Assembly (NCBI RefSeq): GCF_006345805.1
Contig: NC_043014.1
Coordinates: 25,730,001-25,794,000 of the forward strand
DNA from: Octopus sinensis
Lineage: Eukaryota
DNA length: 64,000 nt
Reading direction: 5' to 3'
The notes under the pieces: generated by a model
Database searches by the model: none
Told to the model about the DNA's origin: nothing
The model's input: only the letters and a program-made list of their open reading frames with translations
Position numbers and translations under genes: made by a program
Shown here: piece by piece, positions 49,890 through 63,980 of the stretch
Layout of the letters: each line of letters starts with the position of its first letter
Position numbering within the stretch: position 1 is the first letter of the stretch

Positions 49890-50346
49890 AGGCCTACACC
49901 CAAGGCAGAGGCAGGATGCTCATGCAGGAGTAACATAACTTGTCCGCTGAACGACCACTGCAACATGGAGACAGCTGTATATGAGGCAGAGGTAGCAGCT
50001 ACAGGACCCAATAGACAACCGAGGGTGCGGAATGGAAGGCCCCTTCAGAACCTACTTTAACAACCAAAAGTCCTCTTTCAACATCCCAGAAAGACACAAT
50101 GCCACAACCCTAGCTAAGCACTTTTGGTCTTTGAAAAGAAGTACCACAGAGTACAGCATAAAGTGGAAGATCCTTGAGAAGTTCAAACCGTACTTCAATA
50201 GCAGCAGGAAGTGCAGGTTATGCCTGGCTGAGAAGAGAGCAATTTTAAAGGGTACCCAGTGTCTGAAAGTTTACCTGAATAGCAGGAGTGAGGTGTTTAA
50301 TCCTTGCCCACATGAAAGGAAGTACATCCTATTGTACGCAATATGA
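49890..50346 (+). mobile_element. Penelope-like element GIY-YIG endonuclease remnant
   Basis: CPLNDHC..AVYEAEV then EGPFRTYFNNQKSSF..TLAKHFWSLK..YSIKWKILEK..KCRLCLAEK..LNSRSEVFNPCPH, characteristic of the PLE endonuclease C-terminus. Confidence 0.8.
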
Positions 50347-52282
50347 ATGTAACCACAGGGCCTTGGCCTTCCACCAATGCTCAGCACACATCAATGCACA
50401 CACATACACCCTTATAAGGTGGGCATCTCACAAAATAGACTCTCCCACCACCCCCAACTTATACCCCTTCATTTTATCCCCACACATATATAGACCTCCC
50501 CATATACATACCACATGCTCACATAAAACCCACCACCACACGCTAACATAAACCCCCCACGACCTTATCCTCTACAGAAAGCAAACACTGATGAACACAG
50601 CTATATATACCTACACTCCTGAAAAAATTATGCATGTTATACCACTACACATATCACACACCCCAACCCCCACAGTAGCACCACACTTAATAATGCACAC
50701 TTACACCACAAACACTTCAAGATAACTCTTGTCAGCCTCACTGCATATCCAACCAAGAGACATAACTCCTAACCTGGCCCTTTTTTGTTTCACCACCTCT
50801 TTCACAGTATCCACTGACCGGTTGTGTTAATCCACCTCCAACAATAAAGAGCAGTCACTACATTCCCTTCCATATTGGTTAACTCTGATAAGTGTAAGGT
50901 TATATAATCGGATTGTTACCTAACACTCCATTGTATACCTTGCACAAAACCAATCGGTAAGATCAGCCGTGATGGGCTAATAATAGTATATATTTTGGAT
51001 AATATATGAATATAATTTGCCTGACACCTGAAACAAGGAACTTTTATTGTAGCTCTTAAAATATTCACATCTACTCTATTTAATCACAATAATGAAGTAT
51101 TCACAAGGAAATGTGCAAATAAAGCTGTATGATGTCCTTTACCATAATTTACAACACATTTCTGACTTTGTAGAAAGATTTCTACCAGCAACATGGGCAA
51201 TAGCAACCCTGAGAATGTTAGCAATTCTAAGATTCCTAACCATATTGGGTTCACATAATGTGTGACATATGATATTCAATGTTGATTAACCTCAGCTCAA
51301 CACATTGAGTAGACTACTGATTGAAGGTTTCAACTGTGATCAGGGCTAGATTAAGACCCAGAAGCCCTAAGATGTTTGTGTCCCCATATATATGTAATTC
51401 AAAATATAAATAAGAGTAAATCGTGCAATATATTTTTATTTCTCAAAATGAAACAAAACTAACAGTAAGATGTAGTTTTGCCACCAATGATCAATAACAA
51501 ATCTATCTTCAATCTGACTGACTACCGCTCTCATCAAGCCAACCTTTTTAAATAGATTTTCCAGGAGACACTAAATTTGTTATATATTCTACTATAAGTA
51601 GTACTAGCTTAAAAGCTGACTTTTAAACTAGCTCCTGCGAAGGCAAAGCTAATGAGAGCTAAATAGCATGACTATAATGTGTCTATAATGACTATATGCC
51701 CTAGTGGTGTTAAATCAGTTTTAAAATACAGACAGTCCTAATCTGTCATTAGTTTCTTAGATATAATAAAACGTAATGTGAGCCCTGTTGGTAAAGCAAC
51801 AGAGTGGGAGTGAGAGGCAGTAAAGCAGGTGGACAGCTTTCAAAAGTTTTGCTCTAATCAAAATAAAACTGCAAACTTTCGCCATAAATTATATTTATTG
51901 GTTTCACACAAACACAGATATTTAAATATATATATGAAATTAAATATTAAACACTTTTGCTTTAAAAATATTATCGTTCACATAACATAGCCTATATATA
52001 AATGTTACATGAACGATAATATACTTTCATTTTTTTCTTCTTTCATTTTAGTCCATTTTTCCATAATTGCCATTTCTGATACAAGCCATTATTTCCTTTT
52101 CCAACTAAAAGATAATGTATTTTAAAGATTTCATCAATCTAACAAATATGCGTGCATACATTTTCACACACATACACACATGTATATGTATGTGCAAAGG
52201 TGTTATATAAATGTTTACATATATATGTGTATCGACAAGAGAATCCATCATATCTATATATATATATATATACACACACATA

Positions 52283-52613
52283 AGATCTTTTCGGTTTGAA
52301 CGGCAGTTTTTTCTAGCGGTGTCATATGAAATTGTCATCCATAATTATGACTCTAGTATCAATCTATTGCATTTCAATCTGTTTTAGGGTTAGGGGGGGA
52401 AGGGAATCTTTTTTTTCTTCACAAATGTAAATAAACCCAATCTGTTTCTTAAACGAGGGACATTCATGCGGCACAGAATGTTTTTTACCTCAATAGACGT
52501 CAGTGATTGGTTGAAATTGCAGAAATTGAACACATTCTACCAGTATACGAAGTTTAAAATTTTTTTTTACCTAGAAATTATGTTAAAAACTGCTGTTCAG
52601 ACCGAAAAGATCC
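52283..52613. mobile_element. Uninterrupted copy of the GGATC-ended MITE (opposite orientation to the 37500 copy)
   Basis: TIRs AGATCTTTTCGGTTTGAACGGCAG / CTGCTGTTCAGACCGAAAAGATCC; flanks CACACATA / CATACATA are an 8-bp near-TSD within a microsatellite. Confidence 0.88.
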
Positions 52614-52666
52614 CATACATACACACACATACATATATATGTAATGTATGTATGTGTGCATATATA

Positions 52667-54310
52667 TCATCATCATCATCGTTTAACGTCCGTTTTCCGT
52701 GCTAGCACGGGTTGGACGGTTCGACTGGGGCCTGGGAGGCCAGGAGGCTGCACCAGGCTCCAGTTTGATCTGGCAGTGTTTCTACAGCTGGATGCCCTTC
52801 CTAATGCCAACCACTCCGTGAGTGTAGTGGGTGCTTTTTTCATGCCACTGGCACAGGTGCCAGGGGAGGCTGGCAGCGGTCATGATTGGTTGGTGCTTTT
52901 TATGTGCCACCGGCACAGAAGACAGTCATGACGGCGCTGGCATCGGCCACGTTCGGGGGTGCTTTTTACGTGCCACCGGCACAGCTATCACAACTACAAT
53001 TTCCATTTGATATTTACTTTGATGTTGATGTACTTGACTCAATATATCTCCTCAAGCACAGCAGGTCATGTGCCACCAGTACTGAAGCCAGTCAAGGCGG
53101 CACTGGCATCGGCCACATTCGGATGGTGCTTTTTATGTGCCGCCGGTACAGGTATCGTAACTACAATTTCCATTTGTTGTTTATTTTGATATTGATGTAC
53201 TTGACTCAATAGGTCTCCTCAAGCACAGCAGGTCACCCTACGATCTAAGGTAAGCACAGCAGGTCATTCTGCAATCCAAGGTACTTTGGATGGGCTGGGG
53301 CTATGCGAAACTGGTGCAGGAAGCAGCCCGGGTCTTTGCAGACACAGCATATCTCTAGAATCTCTGTCTTTTCGTCATTGCCTCTGTGAGGCCCAACGTT
53401 CGAAGGTCATGCTTGACTACCTCATCCCGTGTCTTCTTGGGTCTACCTCTCCCCCTGATACCTTCAACTGTTTGGGAGTGGCACTTCTTCACACATCTCT
53501 CCTCATCCATCTGCAGTACATGACCATACCAGCGCAAACGTCTCTCTTGCACACCACATCTGATGCTTCTTAGGTCCAGCATTTCTCTCAGGGTGCTTAC
53601 ACTCTGTTGTGTGTGCACACTGACATTACACATCCAGCGGATCATGCTAGCTTCATTTCTTTCAAGTCTACACATGTCCTCTGCAGTCACAGACCATGTT
53701 TCACTACCGTGAAGCATGGCAGTTCGCACACATGCATCGTACAATCTACCTTTCACTCAGAGCGAGAGACCCTTTGTCACCAGTAGGTGTAGGAGCTTTC
53801 TAAACTTTGCCCAGGCTATTCGTATTCTAATGGTGACACTCTTTGAGCATCCACCTCCACTACTAACTTGGTCACCTAGGTAGCGGAAACTATCAACTAC
53901 TTCTAGTTTCTCCCCCTGGAGTGTGATGGAATCTGTTTTCTGAGTATCTGTGGTGTCTGTTGCCCCTGTGCATCTGCTGCACATGAAAGCTATCTCATCA
54001 GTTAATTTTCCTTTGATGTTGCTGCACCTCTTATGCGTCCATAGCTTACAATGAGTACATCTTATGGAGTTTCTAACTACACCTTTTCTACAGATTGAGC
54101 AGGGCCACCTGCCCGAGGAGGTGTGTGATGAGGTCGCCTTTCTGCTTACTATAACTTTGGTCTTTGTTACATTTACTCTAAGGCCCTTTGATTCCAAACC
54201 TAGCTTCCACACCCGAAATTTCTTTTCTAGTTCCGGTAGTGATTCTGCGATGAGGGCCAGGTCATCAGCATAGAGGAGCTCCCAGGGGCAACCCGTCTTG
54301 AATTTCTCTG
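52667..54310 (-). mobile_element. 5'-truncated RTE LINE
   Basis: ORFs 53757-54362 (CPWELLYADDLAL..FRYLGDQ) and 53355-53756; 3' UTR with tandem units; (GAT)n tail at about 52667. Confidence 0.92.
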
Positions 54311-54334
54311 TGTATATATATATATATACATATA

Positions 54335-55943
<1,609 letters not shown>

Positions 55944-55948
<5 letters not shown>

Positions 55949-56200
55949 TGAGATTGTGTGTCTGTCTGTCTGTGTGTTTCCCTAAAACTTGAGAACTACA
56001 CAACCAATTTCATTTAAATTTTACACATGCCTTACTTAAGGTCCGGGGAGTGTAATCGGCAAAACAATCTTAACTTTTTCCCTAGGGCGACCCCACAGCA
56101 ATATCATATCTTCTCCACTATTTCAGTATTACGTGTTAAAAGTGAAACAAAAACATCTTTCTTTTGTAACGCAGACACTTTCATTTTAATACTGAAACTA
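55944..56200 (+). mobile_element. Probable Helitron-type 5' end
   Basis: tatataaaactgagattgtgtgtctgtctgtctg..ctaaaacttgagaac..ccaattt resembles the 5' segment of animal non-autonomous Helitrons; same orientation as the Rep fragment downstream. Judged from recalled resemblance only. Confidence 0.45.
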
Positions 56201-57101
56201 ATAAAGTAAAAGTATTATATAACAGGGATGAACCATTAACAAGTGGTCATCCATTTTGCTAGAAGAAGATCCGCTATGGTCTTATATGCTACACCACTGG
56301 TTTTCAATTCATATTAATCAAATTAATATTCAATTTTGCACCCTTATTATGTGTGTGTGTGTGTATTAGCAATGCATAGCATGTATTAGCAATTCATATA
56401 AAAATGCATCAATACCTTGAACTTGAATAAGTGGTTTCACATAAATGGGGATACATTAAAAAGGTTTGTTATTATTATTACTGTTTGACTAATGTAATCA
56501 CGTTTGTTGGTTCCTCGTCAGGGAAACGTTGTTGTGTTGCATTTGTTAAATAATTGTAAACCGTAACCCTCCCCCTTTCGGAGAAAGGGCTTTGGTTATT
56601 GTTTAAAAATTGAATAGTGACTCTGTTTGGGGAAATTGACAATATTTTCACCGTCTTTACGGAAGCATTTTTCTTAAAATTCCTTCGATAGAAGAAAGTC
56701 CAAAAATGAATTTCGCTGCAGTCGTACACTTCTATACAAGAGGGAGGACAAGATCCAATTGATCAAAATTGCAAGAGACAGGCCTACAATTCCAGTCTGT
56801 TATATATTTTGAGTATTGTTATCACTAGCGATATCAAGATATAACTTTGTATTTTGTATTTTATGTGTAGATGTCTATATATAGATGTACATGTAATATG
56901 TACACATATATATATACACATATATACATGCATGATATATCTACCTATACACACATACGCACACATACACACACACGCACACGCACACACACACACACAC
57001 ACATACATAGGGGCAGGTGTGGCTGTGTGGTAACAAACTACGTTCCAAACACATGGTCCTGGGTTCAGTCCCACTGTGTGTTGACTTGGAAGGACAGCAT
57101 A

Positions 57102-58185
57102 TGTTCAAAAAGATTTCCAAGGAGGTTCCTACAAGAAACTCAGACAGGTGCTGATGGGTATCCATCATACAGACGCAGAAAACCAGAAGACGGAGGTTTC
57201 ACAGCAACTATCGGACAGCACGATATTGATAATAGATGGATTGTTCCATACTGCCAAACTCCTGTCAAAGACTTTCAATGCCCACATCAACGTTGAGTTT
57301 TGCAACTCCATCAAGTACGTTTGCAAATATGTAAACAAGGGTTCTGACGCTGCAATGTTTGGACTTCAGCAAGAATACTGCCAGGATGAGGTGACGCATT
57401 ATCAGGTGGGACGGTACATAAGTAGCAACGAGGCTTTCTAGCGCATCTTTGGCTTTCCAATTCACCAACAACACCCCGCCATTCAACAGCTTGCAGTGCA
57501 CCTGGAAAAAAGAGTGTACTTCCCCGATGCTAATGCTTCTCTGTTGGCAGATGAACCAAGGGATAGCACATTCACTGCATTCTTCAAGCTTTGTCAAGTG
57601 GAACGATTCGCCCAAACCTTGCTGTATCCATAGATTCCATCGTGCTACACTTGGAATGGAAAAAAATGGGCCCCACGGAAAGCAGGTCAAAATGTTCATG
57701 GATACCCTGGCATTACGTTTTACACTTGCCTTGGGCGAGTATACACAGTGCATCCCACTCAACAAGAGTGCTTCTACCGTTGTCTACTACTGCATGAGGT
57801 CAGAGGGCCGTCTTTCCAGGCCCTAAAACCGTTCATGGACATGTCTGCACAACATACAGAGAAGCCTGCTCTCGACAAGGTCTGTTAGAAGATTGTGCAC
57901 AATGGGATGCAACTTTAGGAGAGGCTGCTTTAACACAATCACCTAAAAGTCTTAGGGCACTATTTGCATTATTACTACAAGCATGCGAACTGTGTAATCC
58001 GGCCACTCTATGGCTCAAATATAGAGATAACCTGTCTGAAGATTTTCAGCGCCAAGCTCAACTGCTCTATCCTGACATGGAGGGTATCAGCAATGAAATC
58101 TATAACAAAACACTCATTGACATTGAAGACAGAATTGCTAAACTGGGTGGAAATGAATTGTCAACGTATGGCCTGCCACAAGCAT
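57102..58185 (+). mobile_element. Helitron RepHel remnant (Rep/HUH domain), frameshifted
   Basis: CSKRFPR..DGYPSYRRR..IDNRWIVPY / AHINVEFCNSIKYVCKYVNKGSD (YxxKY motif)..GRYISSNEAF*RIFGFPIH..QLAVHLE. Confidence 0.88.
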
Positions 58186-58258
58186 TCAGGTCAGGGTCAA
58201 ATAGCCTTCCCACTATTAAAATTAATTAGTTTTACCCTTTTATTATTGACAATATATG

Positions 58259-58343
<85 letters not shown>

Positions 58344-58359
58344 ATATGTATGTATTCTC

Positions 58360-59183
58360 TCATTATTCTGTCTAGTTCTGTAACATGTCATTCATGTAAA
58401 TATACTTTTCGTTTAGTCTTGTCTTCCTGTTGCTCCTGAAGATAACCTTATATTCATTGATTCACTTAACTATTAAAGTCTTAACACTCAGCCACTTATC
58501 CTTCCCCTAAAATTTTTTTTTGTCAGGTTTTTCAAACCTACTTTCTTGGTCTCGCGATTAGCAGAACCTCTTCCTAGCTAGATTGCCTGACAAACTCAGA
58601 TTTTACTTTTTCAAGTCTATCTTAAATATTAAATATTATCGATACTACCGTCTCGTTTCAACCACGCCAGTCAGAGCCCCTCTTGCGGTTTCCTCCCATG
58701 TGTTTCTTGACCACTTCTCTCTCCCTCTCTAACTAACCCTGTCCCTCTCCTTATGTTTCTCTATGTCTCCCTCTTTCCGTAACCACCATCGCCATAGTAT
58801 AAACTAGCGAACGCATGATCAGGAATTCCACTCGCTTCCTAACCAACCCCTACCGAAGAATAACGGACCGCTCATGAACGGATAAAAGTTAAGAATCCTT
58901 CTTTCAACCTCGCTTCTTCTACCTACTATCTTTGCACATATCATCATTATTCTTTCATTATTCTTTCATTATTCTGTCTAGTTCAGTAACATGCCATTCA
59001 TGTAAATATACTTTTCGTTTAGTCTTGTCTTCCTGTTGCTCCCGAAGATAACCTTATATTCATTGATTCACTTAACTATTAAAGTCTTATCACACAGCCA
59101 CTTATCTTTCCCCTAAAATTTGTCTTTCTCAGATTTTTCAAACCTACTTTCTTGGTCTCGCGATTAGCAGAACCTCTTCCTAG
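58360..59183. repeat. Pair of 218-bp direct repeats (58360-58577 and 58966-59183) around a 388-bp spacer
   Basis: Both copies run tcattattctgtctagttc..gcagaacctcttcctag with scattered substitutions. Confidence 0.9.
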
Positions 59184-59432
59184 TTACTGGTGCACCCCCT
59201 TTACCACTCCTCCCTCCCACCCATGCCCACCCACTCTCCCTCCCATGCCCTCCCTCCCATGCCCTCCCTCCCACCTCTCACACACATGCTGGAAGTTCCT
59301 ATTCTTTGCCATCCTTGGGTTGCCTCCCATGAAGACTGCAAAAGCCCTTTCACCATCCCCACCCCTAGTCTCGGCCTATCACCTATGTAAGGTAATGTTC
59401 ATACAGTGCAACATATGAAAGGGTAGTGTTAT

Positions 59433-61117
59433 GCAGGTTGAACTGAAGGCTACTGTATTGCTTGCTCATGAATTCTGCCAAATGCCAGTTTTCTTTTCAG
59501 GTACATGAAGCTACTGTCCACCGTCCCAGGGTCTCTAGGGTCTATACCTCCCACACCCTCAACATTGGCACACTCAAAGGTAGGTCTGGCGAGATAGTCG
59601 AGAGGCTTGAACAGAGATGTGTTGATATATGTTGCATCCAAGAATTAAGGTGGAGAGGAGGTTCTGCTAGGTTCCTCACAGGCAAAGAACATAGGTACAA
59701 GATTTTCTGGGCCGGGAACACTGACGGGGTTGGGGGCGTGGGTATACTTCTCACTCAAAAATGGGTAGATAAGGTAATTGAAGTAATCAGAGTATTTGAC
59801 AGAATACTAAAGATTAGATTAGTGCTTCATCATGGATTAGCAACCATTATATCGGCCTATGCTCCTCAGCCGGGGCTACCAGATGGACAGAAAGACCGAT
59901 TCTATGACACCCTACTGCAGACTACCTCATTGATGAATGATAGAGACCTTCTCTTTGTGGCTGGTGACTTCAATGGGCATGTTGGACAACATGCTGGGGG
60001 CTTCCATGGAGGCTATGGTTATGGTTCCTGCAACGAGGAGGGAACCAGGCTGCTGGAGTTCTGCGATGCAAATGATCTTATGGTTTGCAACACTAACTTC
60101 AGGAAACCTACCAGCCAACTACTCACCTACCGATCTGGCCAACATACCAGCCAAATTGACTACATCCTTGCCAGGAAAAGGGAAAGATGGCTGCTTATAA
60201 ATGCCAAAACCTTCCCAGGCGAAGAATGTACCCCACAACATAGACTGGTAGTTAGTGACTTTAGGATCAGGACTAAGGACGACCAGAAGACGACCAACTT
60301 GGAGAAGAAGGATCTGGAAGCTTAAAGATCCTGCGAATGGACAGAGATTTAGGAACATGTTACTTGAAGCTTTTGACGAAGTAGAAGGGGATAGAGCTTC
60401 ACAATGTTGTAGACAGGGCTGTTAGAGAAAAGAGACAGGCTTGAAAAGACTGGAAGAATGGTGGTTGCAGGGTATTGTATCAGACTGCGAAAAGAGAAGC
60501 TAGGAGACAGGTCTATTTAGCCAGAGGGGAAGCAGATAAGAAAAAATTTGCCAATATTCTGCACCGAGAGGACCAAAGACTTGAGGTATTTCGTGTTGCA
60601 AGACAGTGTGTGAGAGAGAATCATGATGTGGTTGGAGAGAAATGTGTTCGCATGGATGATGGTTCACTTGCGCTAAATGAGAATGCAAACAGAGAGGTTT
60701 GGAGACGCCACTATGAACGGTTGCTGAATAAAGAAAATGAATGGGATAATGAGAGTCTGCCGAATGTCGACCCAACAGAGGGACCAGCTATCTGAATTGA
60801 CAGTTCCTTGGTAGTTAAGGCAATTAGAAGCATGAAGACAGGGAAAGCCCTAGGCCCATCAGGAATAACTGCAGAGATGCTCAAAATATCTAGTAGTGTC
60901 GGCTATAGCCTAGTCACCCGTATAGTTAATCAGGTGATACACGAAGAAGTCATACCCAATGACTGGTGTAGCAGCATAATAGTCAACTGCTACAAAGGTA
61001 AAGGTGACGCCCTAGATACAAATAATTACAGAGGTCTCAAGCTGTTGGATCAGGTAATGAAGGTTACGGAGAGGGTCATAGCCCAACTAATTAGAGAGAG
61101 AGTTAGTTTAGATGAGA
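59433..61117 (+). mobile_element. RTE LINE 5' half (APE + linker), 3'-truncated
   Basis: ORF 59462-60325 holds the complete APE domain; ORFs 60475-61176 run up to NYRGLKLLDQVMKV; colinear with the 9186-12790 copy. Confidence 0.93.
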
Positions 61118-61667
61118 ACGCCGTTTCTGGATTAGTTGGATATAGAGATCAACATTTCCGTCATCAGAAATGTTGATCTCTATATCCAACTAATCCAGAA
61201 ATGGCGTTCTCAAGTAATCAATGTACGTGTGATCTTTCATTATTTTTCCCTCTATACCTGCGTGAATTATTTTTGAGTCTACATTGTCTGGGAGACTTTT
61301 CTTATAGTAGAGGAAATAGCTAAAATTTTTTGGCTGCTATTTCTAAAAGTTCAGTGTGTGGTAAAGTAAATTATTTTACTGAACCCTAATTATATAACGT
61401 AATGTTTTAGATATACCGTAAATGGTTTTTTACATACTGAACACTACTTAGTAAAATTATTAATTAATAATTAATTAATTTTACCCATTTATTATTAACT
61501 ATATATATATTGTATATATATTGCTGCTTCAGTGGACTAGTAGGCATGGGTGTTGAGAAGTAGTAATACAACACATAGGTGGTGGTTTCAAATTCTTTCC
61601 CAAAATTACAAGAGATTTAGTTAAAAATTTTTTACATCTGTACATCACCCCCAATACTTCTAACATA

Positions 61668-61676
61668 TATATATGT

Positions 61677-61709
<33 letters not shown>

Positions 61710-61738
61710 GTATATATATATGTATATATGTATGTATA

Positions 61739-61784
<46 letters not shown>

Positions 61785-61806
61785 TATATATATACACATA
61801 TATACA

Positions 61807-61848
<42 letters not shown>

Positions 61849-61871
61849 ATATATGTATGTATGTATGTATG

Positions 61872-61935
<64 letters not shown>
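61668..61935. repeat. Compound (TA)/(TATG)/(CA) microsatellite
   Basis: Direct reading. Confidence 0.95.
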
Positions 61936-61936
<1 letters not shown>

Positions 61937-63210
61937 GGCTACTAAATGGCTCAAATGTGGATGTGATATATCTCGACTTTGCAAAAGCCTCTGATAAAGT
62001 TGACCATGGCATGATTTGTCACAAACTGTGTGGTCTTGGCATAGGCGGAAAACTTGGAGAGTGGCTGCACAACTTCCTAAAAGATAGAAGGCAGGCAGTT
62101 GTGGTCAATGGAGCCACCTCCAAGGAAACACAAATAACAAGCGGTGTTCCACAGACACTGTCTTGGGGCCACTGATGTTCATAGTGGGCCTTTCAGACAT
62201 GTCCTCAGTTGCTAAGATGGCCACCCTTGCTAGCTATGCAGATGACACAAAAGTCTCCCACACAATACAAACCCTGGAAATATTGCACATCTGCAACAGG
62301 AGTTGGATACAATATACAGGTGGGCTGAGGACAACAACATGCAGTTTAATGCAGGTAAGTTCCACACCCTGCGCTACCGGCACACAAAGGTAAACGACAT
62401 GCAGACTGGATACACTGGCCCGGGAAGAATTGTAATCCCTGAGTCAAAATCAGTGCGTGACCTGGGCATTGACATGAGCAATGATGCATCTTTCCAAGTG
62501 CATAGTACTAATTTGGTGATTAAATGCAGACGGCTAGCTGGATGGATTCTCCGAACTTTCAGAACAAGAGAGAAGGAGACACTGATGGTCCTGTGGAAAA
62601 CTTTCATCCTCAGCCGCTTGGACTACTGCTCCCAACTATGGTCGCCACACAATATAAAGCTAACAGTAAAACTTGAAGCAATTCAGAGAAGCTACACTAA
62701 GAAGATCGTCTCAATGCAACATATCAGTTACTGGGAAAGACTGAAAGTATTAAAACTCTTCTCCCTAGAGCGGAGGCGGGAGAGATATGTGGTGATATAC
62801 ATCTGGAAAATCCTGGAGGGTCTTGAACCAAACTTTGGCATTCAAAGTTACCCCAACCGCAGAACGGGGCGCCACTGTATGGTGCCAAAGATTCCAACAT
62901 CACTATCAAAATACAGGACCAGATACTGCAACAGCTTGGATTTCAGAGGACCACAGCTCTTCAACATCCTCCCTAAATGCCTGAAAGATTTGCATGGTGT
63001 GGATGTGGGTTTCTTTAAAACTAAATTGGATCTCTTCTTGTCGGGGGTCCCAAATGAACCTACCTCACGGCAGGAGACACAGATGCGGGCAGCGGCATCA
63101 GACTCCCTTGTTGACCAAGTGCCACGTATCAGAGGTGGATTCATATATTAGTGTAGTTCATTCAGCGGTGGTACCCCAGCATGGACGCAGCCTTCGGGCT
63201 GAAACATTTT
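61936..63210 (+). mobile_element. 5'-truncated CR1/L2-group LINE (RT C-half and 3' end)
   Basis: [56 protein letters not shown]; short 3' UTR ending cagcatggacgcagccttcgggctgaaac. Confidence 0.9.
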
Positions 63211-63329
63211 TAAGGATTTATATATATATAATATCAGAGCTATGGCCATGCTGATGCACCACCATTTAGTAAAGAAAGGTACCTCTCGCATGCTAAGCGA
63301 GTGCTCTACCATCTGAGATAATTCCCCCA

Positions 63330-63331
63330 GA

Positions 63332-63398
<67 letters not shown>

Positions 63399-63497
63399 GT
63401 ATATATGTGTGTATATAAACATAGGATAATTCATATATATATGTATATATATATGTATATATATATGTATATATGTGTGTATATAAACATAGGATAA

Positions 63498-63545
<48 letters not shown>

Positions 63546-63815
63546 TTATCCTATGTTTATCATCAGCATGGAAAATTCGATGAACCGATACCAGGGTAGC
63601 AAATTCACGTCAGAAATATGGTTGAAGCGACCTGTCCAAGTGTCCAAGGGTAGAAACTCCGTGTTCATGTGCAGAAATTTGTGTGTTATATATGAATAAA
63701 TAAAAGAATGGAGTCGAACAAAGATGTTAACAAAATTCCTTTACTCTCGACATATGTTTCGAAGACAACATGGTTTCATTCCAAAGGAATAAAGGGTGCA
63801 AGATGCAATCTTCTC

Positions 63816-63863
<48 letters not shown>

Positions 63864-63864
63864 A

Positions 63865-63931
<67 letters not shown>

Positions 63932-63945
63932 TATATATGTATGTA

Positions 63946-63980
<35 letters not shown>

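Noticed and set aside
51595-51830. Cluster of short hairpins (e.g. ttaaaag-ctga-cttttaa, ctgttg-gtaaag-caacag) as an ncRNA
   Set aside because: Stems are short and no snoRNA, snRNA or Pol III signatures were recognised.
61632-62012. Long ORFs rich in YI/HT/CV (also 5431-5769, 39178-39462, 56784-57168, 58197-58391)
   Set aside because: Translations of dinucleotide microsatellites, not genes.
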